This document shows positions 1 to 7,515 of a stretch of DNA of 32,000 nt, in pieces (position 1 is the first letter of the stretch; each line of letters starts with the position of its first letter). Origin of the DNA: Demequinaceae bacterium. GTDB lineage: Bacteria; Actinomycetota; Actinomycetes; Actinomycetales; Demequinaceae. The translations under genes and the position numbers were made by a program. The notes below the pieces were generated by a model. That model searched no databases. It was not told the origin of the DNA and saw nothing but the letters and a program-made list of their open reading frames with translations. The stretch covers positions 1,350,001 to 1,382,000 of the forward strand of contig OZ252279.1 in the NCBI GenBank assembly GCA_965250005.1, given 5' to 3'.

Positions 1-2
1 CC

Positions 3-605
3 GCAACTCCCATGGCGGGGCTCACCAGTCTCCAGGCTCTCCGCGACACGGGCGGACTCAGGAGCGGCGAGCGCGTCCTCATATGGGGCGCCTCTGGGGG
101 CGTCGGCCACCTGGCCGTACAGATCGCCGGACTGCTCAGTGCGTCGGCGGTGCATGCGGTCTGCTCGTCCAAGAACAAGGCGATGGTCACAGAGCAGGGA
201 GCCACGCGTGTGTTCGACTACGCGAGAGACGACATTACCGCTTCGGGAGAGACCTACGACCTTATTCTGGACACCGTCTCCACACAGCCGATGAACATCT
301 ACCGGGACCTTCTCGTCGACGGCGGTCAGCTCGTGACAGTCGGCGCAGTCGGTGGAGATGACGGGCCGGGCCCCATCGGCGGCATGATCACCAGGGCCGT
401 GTCGTCACGACTCAAGGGCGTTGACGCACGCGGGATGCTCGCGAGGACGAAGGCGGACGACCTCGCGATCCTGGCTGGCTGGCTCGCCGACGGCTCGCTC
501 ACTCCTGTCATAGACAAGAGCTACCCACTGGCCGATGGCGCGAAGGCTTGCATCAAGCTCGAAGGCAGCCACGTGGCGGGCAAGCTGGTCGTGCTCCCGA
601 ACTGA
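3..605 (+). CDS. Zinc-binding dehydrogenase / NADPH:quinone oxidoreductase-like protein, 5' end outside window
   Basis: Frame is open to the window edge. Contains GERVLIWGASGGVGHLAVQIAG (Rossmann nucleotide-binding motif of MDR family) and a typical C-terminal ADGAKACIKLEGSHVAGKLVV. Confidence 0.88.
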   Translation, partial: ATPMAGLTSLQALRDTGGLRSGERVLIWGASGGVGHLAVQIAGLLSASAVHAVCSSKNKAMVTEQGATRVFDYARDDITASGETYDLILDTVSTQPMNIYRDLLVDGGQLVTVGAVGGDDGPGPIGGMITRAVSSRLKGVDARGMLARTKADDLAILAGWLADGSLTPVIDKSYPLADGAKACIKLEGSHVAGKLVVLPN

Positions 606-680
606 CCGACTCGCTGGTTGCGGCGCCACGGCGCCGTCCGCCCTCGAGGCGCGCCATGCGCTAGCGAGGAGTACAAACTC

Positions 681-1721
681 CTACGCGACGTGCACTCTCG
701 CACCCGAGAGCGCCCGGAGCGCGAGCTCAACGTCGTCCATGTCGTTGTACAGATAAAAGCCGAGTCGCGCGCGGCCATCACGAGTCGCGGCCTTTATCCC
801 TGCGGCTTCGAGCGCTCCCGTGTCGACGTTGGCAACAGAAACGATTGCAGAGTTGGACTCGGCTAGACCGAGTCCAACCCGAAGGTCATTTGCGAGACCG
901 ACGCTGTGCGCATTGACATCCTCGATGCTGTGCCTGGCGAGTGTCTCGAGGGACACGGCGGCGGCCTCCATGATCTGCCACGGCGGCGACGTGTCGAGGC
1001 GACGCGCGTCCTCGCTGAGCCGCAAACGCGGGCCGTATAGCGAATCCCAGGGCGAGTCCGATCCATACCAACTTGCAAGAACGGGACGGATCCAGCGGTT
1101 GTCGGGCCGCACAGCCGCGAGCGCGACTCCGCGCGGAGTACTGAGCCACTTGTAGCCGCCGGCCACGACGACGTCGAATCTAGTCGAGTCGATCGGAAGC
1201 CATCCCGCCGATTGACTCACGTCGATCAGCGTCTTCGCTCCCGCACGGTTCGCGGCATGTGCCAACGCATCAACGTCGATGATGCGCCCATCTGCCGACT
1301 GTGCTGAGCTAACCGCAACCAAATCTACGCTGGGAGTGATGTCGTCAATCAGCCGCTCTAGGTCCACCAGGGTCACCGTGAGCCGCGGATCCGCGAGAAA
1401 CGGACCAAGCACCGAAGTGAAGTCACCGCGGGCCGCGAGCACGTGCGCGCCATCCGGCAGCGAGGCGGCTACCATGCCAACCACCTGAGAGACGGAACCC
1501 CCGAGCGTGACGTCTCGCGCGTGAGACCCGACGATACGCGCATACGCCGCACGAACCCGGGCCACCGACCCGTCCGTCGCCAGCGGATCGAATGTCGCGT
1601 CGCCCCACGCTCGCGCGGACGTGACGAGAGCCTCCGTCGCCGCGGTAGGTGGAATCCCAAAGGTTGCTGTGTTGAGATAGCCGAGAATCTTGGGGTAATC
1701 CGCAGCGACATCGAGGTTCAT
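681..1721 (-). CDS. PLP-dependent aminotransferase class V family protein
   Basis: 346 aa from MNLDVAADYPKILGYLNTATFGIPP. Contains DVSQSAGWLPIDSTRFDVVVAGGYKWLSTPRG, the class V PLP-lysine region. The supplied ORF extends further upstream, but the similarity-like portion starts at this ATG. Confidence 0.85.
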   Translation of the reverse strand: MNLDVAADYPKILGYLNTATFGIPPTAATEALVTSARAWGDATFDPLATDGSVARVRAAYARIVGSHARDVTLGGSVSQVVGMVAASLPDGAHVLAARGDFTSVLGPFLADPRLTVTLVDLERLIDDITPSVDLVAVSSAQSADGRIIDVDALAHAANRAGAKTLIDVSQSAGWLPIDSTRFDVVVAGGYKWLSTPRGVALAAVRPDNRWIRPVLASWYGSDSPWDSLYGPRLRLSEDARRLDTSPPWQIMEAAAVSLETLARHSIEDVNAHSVGLANDLRVGLGLAESNSAIVSVANVDTGALEAAGIKAATRDGRARLGFYLYNDMDDVELALRALSGARVHVA

Positions 1722-1774
1722 CACACGATCATCGTCCCTCGTGCCACGAACCCGCACAATATCTCTCTTTGCGT

Positions 1775-1799
1775 ACCATGACTTAGATGTCATCATGGT
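1775..1799. promoter_or_regulatory. Inverted repeat in divergent aminotransferase/LysR intergenic region
   Basis: ACCATGA-N11-TCATGGT with an inner TGAC-N6-GTCA, directly upstream of the GTG start of the LysR gene. Confidence 0.55.
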
Positions 1800-1802
1800 C
1801 TT

Positions 1803-2684
1803 GTGATCGACGTCGACCGGCTCCTCATCCTGCGTGAGGTCGCGCGCCGGGGCTCGAAAGCCGCCGCCGCCCGTGCACTCAACCTCAGCGAGCCGACGGT
1901 GGCCCACCACCTCAAAGCACTCGAGCGCGGGGCAGGCGTCCCTCTCACCGTGCGCGCCGGTCGAATCACCAAGGTCACCGCGGCCGGCGAGGCGCTCGTT
2001 CGCCACGCCGACGAAATCGCTGCGAGCCTAGACAGCGCCGAACGCACGCTATACGAGCATGCCGAGCTTGAGACCGGGCAGTTGAGGATTGCCGCCTTCA
2101 CGTCATTCTGTGCGACGGCACTCCCACGCCCGCTCGCCTTGTTTAGCCGCACGTACCCCGGAGTCGATATCGGCCTCGTCGAGACGGAGACGGACGACGC
2201 GCTCGATCGACTTCACCGCGGCCAGGCGGATCTTGTGGTCGGGTTCTCAGACACCGCGACACCTCCACCCGCCGACGTGCCGACTCAACTTCTGGTCAGC
2301 GACGAGTACTTCGCCGTCCTTCCGGATTCGCATCCTCGCGCGACGCGCGACGCTATCAGCCTGCGGGCGCTCGCCGACGACACCTGGATTTCCGGATGTA
2401 TTCGGTGCCAGACGCACCTCACTGCGCATGCAGAAGATGCCGATTTTACGCCCGAGATCGCCTTCGTCACCGAGGACTACGTCACCGTGCAACGGCTGGT
2501 CGCAGAGAAACTAGGGGTGGCGCTACTGCCACGCATGGCGCTCGACGCGAGCCCCGACATCGCCGGGATTGTGATCTCGCCAACCGAACCCCGCACGTAC
2601 CGGGAGGTATTCGTTGCGCTTGCACTCGACCCGTCCCCTGCGGCGCTCGCTTTCGCAGCGCTGTTGCGCCCGCCCGCTACTTAG
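1803..2684 (+). CDS. LysR family transcriptional regulator
   Basis: N-terminal winged HTH (LLILREVARRGSKAAAARALNLSEPTVAHHLKALERGAGVPLTVR) and LysR substrate-binding-like C-terminus, 293 aa. Confidence 0.92.
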   Translation: MIDVDRLLILREVARRGSKAAAARALNLSEPTVAHHLKALERGAGVPLTVRAGRITKVTAAGEALVRHADEIAASLDSAERTLYEHAELETGQLRIAAFTSFCATALPRPLALFSRTYPGVDIGLVETETDDALDRLHRGQADLVVGFSDTATPPPADVPTQLLVSDEYFAVLPDSHPRATRDAISLRALADDTWISGCIRCQTHLTAHAEDADFTPEIAFVTEDYVTVQRLVAEKLGVALLPRMALDASPDIAGIVISPTEPRTYREVFVALALDPSPAALAFAALLRPPAT

Positions 2685-2733
2685 AGCGCGGCTAGGTCGG
2701 CGTAGCGTCGACGGGAACCGTGGGCGGGTGGTG

Positions 2734-3666
2734 CTACTGAGCGGCGAGAATATCCACCACGAATACGAGGGTCGAACCAGGCGGAATGGTGCCCTGGTCG
2801 GCGTCGCCATAACCCAGTTCGGGCGGGATGATCAACAGCACCTGGCTGCCAACAGTCTGACCCGACAGTCCGTCGACCCAACCGTCGATGAGCGATCCGC
2901 GTGCGAACCCGAAGGTCGCGGGTTCGCCCCGGTCCCAAGAAGAGTCAAAAAGCGTTCCGTCCCACAACCAGCCTGAGTAATGCACTGAAAGAGCCACGCC
3001 TTCAGCGACAACAGCACCTTCGCCAATGATCAATGGTTGAACAACCAACCCAGCGGGCTTCTCCGTAACTGGAAGAACGATACTCGGGGCACCGTTCTCA
3101 GCGAGGGTGACAGGGGGGAGTCCAGCGGGGGGCTCAACGGCCTCGCCCTCAGCACGGTCGAGCACGGTGCTTACGCCCACCACCGTGACCGCCATCACGA
3201 TGGATCGTGCAACGCCGCGCACAGGTTCGGCCGCGTTATCGGGCGTTCCGTAAATGATTTGCGCGCCCACCCGAGCGCGAACAAGGATGTCATAGAGCTC
3301 CGGGAACAACAGTTGACTATCAAGCTGAACCGCCTCGGGCACAGTGTCGTAGGTCGAGAACGCAACGCTGCCGTCTTCGCCTTGGAACATCACGTAATCC
3401 AGCGAGACGATTTGGCCGTCGGTGAGGGTCTCACCGTCGCCATCCGCCACGAGACGCGCCGATGCACCGGACACAACGAACGGTTGGTCAAATGTTAGCG
3501 TCGGCACTCCGTCGACGCCGTCAGTCCATATGACGGCCGCGACTGTAGCCGCATCGTTTGCGCTGCTACCGTCCGGGTCGCTCGGCACCGGGTCGCTCGA
3601 GCAGGCGGCAAGCGCGAGCACAGCTGCGGCCATGAAGGCGATGTAGGGCAGGCGAGTCTTGGGCAC
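2734..3666 (-). CDS. FKBP-type peptidyl-prolyl cis-trans isomerase, lipoprotein
   Basis: Signal and lipobox (VPKTRLPYIAFMAAAVLALAACSS) and FKBP motifs (VHYSGWLWDGTLFDSSWDRGEPATF, IIPPELGYGD, STLVFVVDIL). GTG start at 3666 chosen; the longer ORF start at 3768 looks unlikely. Confidence 0.9.
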   Translation of the reverse strand: MPKTRLPYIAFMAAAVLALAACSSDPVPSDPDGSSANDAATVAAVIWTDGVDGVPTLTFDQPFVVSGASARLVADGDGETLTDGQIVSLDYVMFQGEDGSVAFSTYDTVPEAVQLDSQLLFPELYDILVRARVGAQIIYGTPDNAAEPVRGVARSIVMAVTVVGVSTVLDRAEGEAVEPPAGLPPVTLAENGAPSIVLPVTEKPAGLVVQPLIIGEGAVVAEGVALSVHYSGWLWDGTLFDSSWDRGEPATFGFARGSLIDGWVDGLSGQTVGSQVLLIIPPELGYGDADQGTIPPGSTLVFVVDILAAQ

Positions 3667-3728
3667 GTGATTCCTAGCGTCGGGGGCTGGAATCATTCTT
3701 CCATGTCCCGAGACGCACGCGTGTCTCA

Positions 3729-3814
3729 TGTCAACAAAACTTGACACAGTGTCATAGTTGCCATACATTCAGTCATGTAAGCAATATTTGACATCACATC
3801 AAGTTTGTTTGACA
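3729..3814 (+). promoter_or_regulatory. Probable promoter plus operator array for the three-paralog/XRE operon
   Basis: TTGACA (3741-3746) - 17 bp - TACATT (3764-3769). TGTCAA-N6-TTGACA inverted repeat overlaps the -35. Further TTGACA copies at 3788-3793 and 3809-3814, 21 bp apart. Confidence 0.6.
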
Positions 3815-3825
3815 TAGGAGAAATC

Positions 3826-4248
3826 GTGAGTTTCGAAGAGAAGAACCAATGGGCATACGGCCTTGCCGCGCTCGTCGTTGGCACAGTCTATTTCGTTTGG
3901 CTCGGACGCCAGATCGCGGACGCCTCGAACGTCGCGGACATCAGTTACGTCCGCACGCTGTTGTGGGCCATCGGCGCCGGAATAATCGTGAACATCTTCT
4001 TCGGCATGTTCGCCCGCGGGTCAAACCTTCAAGAGCCTGACAAGACAGACGAACGCGACCGCAACGTCGGCCGCTTTGCAGACCAGATCTCCGGAATCGG
4101 ATTCGCGATCCTCGTGCTTGGTCCCTTCACGCTCGCGATGCTCGACGCTGAGACCTTCTGGATCGCCAACTCCATCTACGCTGCGTACGTGCTCACCGCC
4201 ATCATTGGCGTAGTCGCGCGGTCCGTCATCTACCGGAAGGGTGCCTAA
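3826..4248 (+). CDS. Small multi-pass membrane protein, paralog A
   Basis: Hydrophobic segments; shares DERDRNVGR...DAETFWIAN...YRKG pattern with the next two ORFs. GTG start at 3826 preceded by AGGAG; the supplied ORF starts at a TTG at 3805. Confidence 0.82.
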   Translation: MSFEEKNQWAYGLAALVVGTVYFVWLGRQIADASNVADISYVRTLLWAIGAGIIVNIFFGMFARGSNLQEPDKTDERDRNVGRFADQISGIGFAILVLGPFTLAMLDAETFWIANSIYAAYVLTAIIGVVARSVIYRKGA

Positions 4249-4250
4249 CC

Positions 4251-4706
4251 ATGGGCAAGCGAGAAATGAACCTCGAAGACGTCTCGTTTGAGGAACGCCA
4301 GCAGTGGATCGGCCTGGGTCTGTCGATCGTCGCAATCGTCGGCTACATCATTGCGATTGTCATCGTCGCGGCAGTCGACGACGTCTCATTCACCGCCGTG
4401 AACTGGAAGATTCCCATGCTCGCTACCCTGCTCGGTGCCGGCGGCATCTACGGCATCGCCTACGGGATCGCCAAGCGCCGCCACTCCGGGCCAACCGGTG
4501 ACGTGCGAGACCGCGAGATCGAGCGCTACGGAGAGGCCATGACATCAGGGCTAGTGAGCTTCACGATCTTTGTGACGCTGATCCTGCTGGCCCTCGATGT
4601 CGACACGTTCTGGGTAGCGCACAACCTGTTCTTTGGATCGTTCTTTGGCATGTTCGTCGGCACTGCCGCGAAGGTTGCCGCCTACCGTGAAGGGGTCCCG
4701 TCATGA
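4251..4706 (+). CDS. Small multi-pass membrane protein, paralog B
   Basis: VSFEERQQW...DREIERYG...DVDTFWVAHN...K..AYREG; about four hydrophobic segments; immediately follows paralog A. Confidence 0.85.
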   Translation: MGKREMNLEDVSFEERQQWIGLGLSIVAIVGYIIAIVIVAAVDDVSFTAVNWKIPMLATLLGAGGIYGIAYGIAKRRHSGPTGDVRDREIERYGEAMTSGLVSFTIFVTLILLALDVDTFWVAHNLFFGSFFGMFVGTAAKVAAYREGVPS

Positions 4707-5149
4707 CCATTTCAGAACGCAGCGTGTGGGTTCAACTCATCGTGATGCCCGTCGTCACCCTCGTCTACTTCACGATCGTCCTTACTCGCGCCGCAGATAT
4801 GCCGGTTAGCGACGTGAGCTGGATCGTTCCCATGATTTGGTCGATGGCCGTCGTTATCGGCGGCATCATCATCGGCACCATCGCATCGGCGATCGGATCA
4901 GCAATTGCTGCGAAGGCCCAGGGTGGCGAGCCCGAGCTCGAGGACGGCGACGAGCGCGACAAAGAGATCGAACGGATTGGCAACCGCAAAGGCCAGTTCT
5001 TTACGGGGCTCGGCACAGTTGCCGTCATCATCCTCGCGATGAACCGAGTCGACCACTTCTGGATCGCCAACGCGATGTTCCTCTCCGGAATGCTCGCCGG
5101 CGTCCATGGCGGTCTCGCCAAGCTCCGCGCGTACCGGAGGGGATTCTAA
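4703..5149 (+). CDS. Small multi-pass membrane protein, paralog C
   Basis: Shares DERDKEIERIG...VDHFWIAN...K..AYRRG motif. Start overlaps the stop of paralog B by 4 bp (ATGA), indicating coupling. Confidence 0.85.
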   Translation: MTISERSVWVQLIVMPVVTLVYFTIVLTRAADMPVSDVSWIVPMIWSMAVVIGGIIIGTIASAIGSAIAAKAQGGEPELEDGDERDKEIERIGNRKGQFFTGLGTVAVIILAMNRVDHFWIANAMFLSGMLAGVHGGLAKLRAYRRGF

Positions 5150-5151
5150 AC

Positions 5152-5379
5152 GTGTCCAAGTCCACCAAGGTCACCAACTCGATCCGCGCCCTGCGGTTCG
5201 CGGCTGACGAAATGACGCAGGCCGATCTGGCCGAGCGCGTCGGCGTCACGCGGCAAACCGTGATCGCGATCGAGCAGGGACGGTACTCCCCGTCCCTCGA
5301 GATGGCCTTCCAGATTGCGAAGGCGTTCAGGCTACCCCTCGATGACGTCTTCCAGTACCCCGACGAGGGGGACGACTAA
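5152..5379 (+). CDS. XRE-family helix-turn-helix transcriptional regulator
   Basis: 75 aa from GTG: VSKSTKVTNSIRALRFAADEMTQADLAERVGVTRQTVIAIEQGRYSPSLEMAFQIAKAFRLPLDDVFQY, classic compact Xre HTH. GGAGG upstream. Confidence 0.93.
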   Translation: MSKSTKVTNSIRALRFAADEMTQADLAERVGVTRQTVIAIEQGRYSPSLEMAFQIAKAFRLPLDDVFQYPDEGDD

Positions 5380-5496
5380 TCATCACTTCCGCACCTCGCG
5401 GCGCACCCTAGCCGCCCACAGCCCCACTCACCGAATTCGCCCGGACACCCGGGTTCTACCGACTACACCCAAAAACGCGTTCACCAAGGAGTCATC

Positions 5497-6534
5497 ATGA
5501 CCAGCACGATCAACACCACCGACAGCCGTGCAGAAACGGGCAGTCCGCGCAAGACGATGCAGGCCGTCACGTGGGACCGCTACGGCGCGCCCGCCGACGT
5601 CCTCAGGGTGAGCAACGTCCCGGTACCGCACTTCGGCCCGGACGACATCCGCGTGCGCGTGCGCGCAGCTGGCGCTAACCCCTACGACTGGCACTTCTAC
5701 CGCGGCGACCCCTACTTAGTGCGCATGTCCACTGGATTCCGCAAGCCCAAGCAGCAGACCCAACTGGGCGCCGACTTCGCTGGCGAGGTTGAGTCCGTTG
5801 GCGCAAACATCACGGGCTTCAAACCGGGGGACCGGGTGTTCGGCGAGGTGGCCCTCGGGGCCTTCGCCGAGTACGTCGTTGCGCCAGCACAGAACGTCGC
5901 CCACATGCCCGCAATCCTCTCGTTCGAGCAGGCAGCGGCCGTCCCGATGGGCGCGTTTACCGCGCTCGCCTCCCTGCGCAAGGCGCACGGCGGCGTGAAA
6001 GGCCGATCCGTCCTCATTAACGGAGCATCCGGCGGGATCGGGATCTTCGCGGTCCAGCTGGCCAAAGCCATGGGCGCGTCCCGCGTCGTTGGCGTGTGCT
6101 CGGGCCGCAACGCCGACCTGGTCACGAGGCTTGGCGCCGACGAGATCATCGACTACGCGAAGAGCGACTACACGGAGAGCCCGCTTCGATTCGACTTGCT
6201 GGTCGACACGCAGGCGACGCAACCGTTCCGCCGCTCGATCCGGGCGGTCAAGCCGCGCGGCACGTACGCGTTCGCGGGCGGTGGTGGTGGCAAGCTGCTG
6301 GGCCCCGGTGCGCCGATGCTGCGAGCAGTGATCGCAGGCCTCATCCGTCGCCAGCGCGTCGTCACCGTCATGGCCGGGACTTCCGGCGAGGACCTCGTCT
6401 ACGTTGCGGGTCTCATCGCCGCGGGCAAGGTGCGCGCAAAAGTGGAGCAAGCGTACCCGCTCGAGTGCATCGTCGAGGCGATGTGGCACCTCGAGACCGG
6501 CCACGTCAGGGGCAAGGTGGTCGTCACCATCTAA
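5497..6534 (+). CDS. NAD(P)-dependent alcohol dehydrogenase / quinone oxidoreductase family (MDR)
   Basis: MQAVTWDRYGAPADVLRVSNVPVP, GADFAGEVESVG, VLINGASGGIGIFAVQLAKAMGA; AAGGAG upstream. Confidence 0.93.
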   Translation: MTSTINTTDSRAETGSPRKTMQAVTWDRYGAPADVLRVSNVPVPHFGPDDIRVRVRAAGANPYDWHFYRGDPYLVRMSTGFRKPKQQTQLGADFAGEVESVGANITGFKPGDRVFGEVALGAFAEYVVAPAQNVAHMPAILSFEQAAAVPMGAFTALASLRKAHGGVKGRSVLINGASGGIGIFAVQLAKAMGASRVVGVCSGRNADLVTRLGADEIIDYAKSDYTESPLRFDLLVDTQATQPFRRSIRAVKPRGTYAFAGGGGGKLLGPGAPMLRAVIAGLIRRQRVVTVMAGTSGEDLVYVAGLIAAGKVRAKVEQAYPLECIVEAMWHLETGHVRGKVVVTI

Positions 6535-6654
6535 CTGAGAAACACCAGGGTGCGGACCCAGGGACATCCCCGATTCGCCTCACCCAATCCAGTGAAACCG
6601 TAAACCCCGTGCCGGCAGGGATGTCGGCACTCACCGAAAACCAAGGAGAGTAAC

Positions 6655-7344
6655 ATGCAAGATCTCAAGAAGACCGCCCGCAAAGCCGGGCTCTGGTACC
6701 TCGGACTCGCCATTTCCGGAGTAATCGGATTCCTGTTCGTCCGCGCGGAATTGTTCGTCGATGGCGATGCCGCCGCAACAGCGGCAAACCTCGTTGAGCG
6801 CGAGGGGCTCGCTCGCTTGGGCGTCGCCGCCGAAATCACCATAGTCGGAACCCAGGCTTTGGCAGCCCTCTACTTCTTCCGGCTCTTCCGGAAGGTCGAC
6901 TCGTTCGCAGCGGCCGCGCTGCTCGCGTTCGCATTCATGAACTCGGTCGCCATCATGGCGTCAGCGGCGTTCCTCGCAACCGGACTAGACGTCGCGGTTG
7001 AGGGCGGACCGGCCCAGACCGTGCAGCTCATGTACACGCTCAGCGGCAACGCGTGGGACGTCGGCAACCTGTTCTTCGGGCTGTGGCTCATTCCGATGGG
7101 TGTGCTCGTCCGGCGCTCGGGCTTCATGCCACGTACGCTCGGCTGGATCCTCGTCGCAGGCGGCGCCGGCTACATTGCCGCCGGCTTCACCACCTACTTG
7201 CTCCCCGACGCCACCGCGCTCACGGAGTACCTCCCGTTCTTCGCCACCATTGGCGAATTCTGGATCATCGCGTACATGCTGATATTCGGTGTGCGCAAGA
7301 CCGCCTTCGATGGTGCGAAGAAGAAGGCCGTCGCCTCAAAGTGA
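6655..7344 (+). CDS. DUF4386-like integral membrane protein
   Basis: 229 aa, multiple hydrophobic segments, GNLFFGLWLIPMGVLVRRSGFMPRTLGWILVAGGAGYI typical of DUF4386 proteins; AAGGAG upstream of ATG. Confidence 0.8.
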   Translation: MQDLKKTARKAGLWYLGLAISGVIGFLFVRAELFVDGDAAATAANLVEREGLARLGVAAEITIVGTQALAALYFFRLFRKVDSFAAAALLAFAFMNSVAIMASAAFLATGLDVAVEGGPAQTVQLMYTLSGNAWDVGNLFFGLWLIPMGVLVRRSGFMPRTLGWILVAGGAGYIAAGFTTYLLPDATALTEYLPFFATIGEFWIIAYMLIFGVRKTAFDGAKKKAVASK

Positions 7345-7515
7345 CCAGGTCGCTCACGCGGGCATAGCGCCCGCATCCGGGACGCTGGGCCTCGCGCCTA
7401 GCCGCCGCCCGGCGTTCCGGTAGTGCCGGTTCCCGCACCCCGCGGGACCGAGTTTGAAAACAATCCGTTCGACCACCTCCTGGCCGAGCGCACCCAAAAA
7501 ACAAGGAGAAGGACC

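Noticed and set aside
5716-6567. 283-aa minus-strand ORF
   Set aside because: Antisense to the well-supported MDR oxidoreductase; low-complexity Arg/His/Asp-rich translation and no domain-like features.
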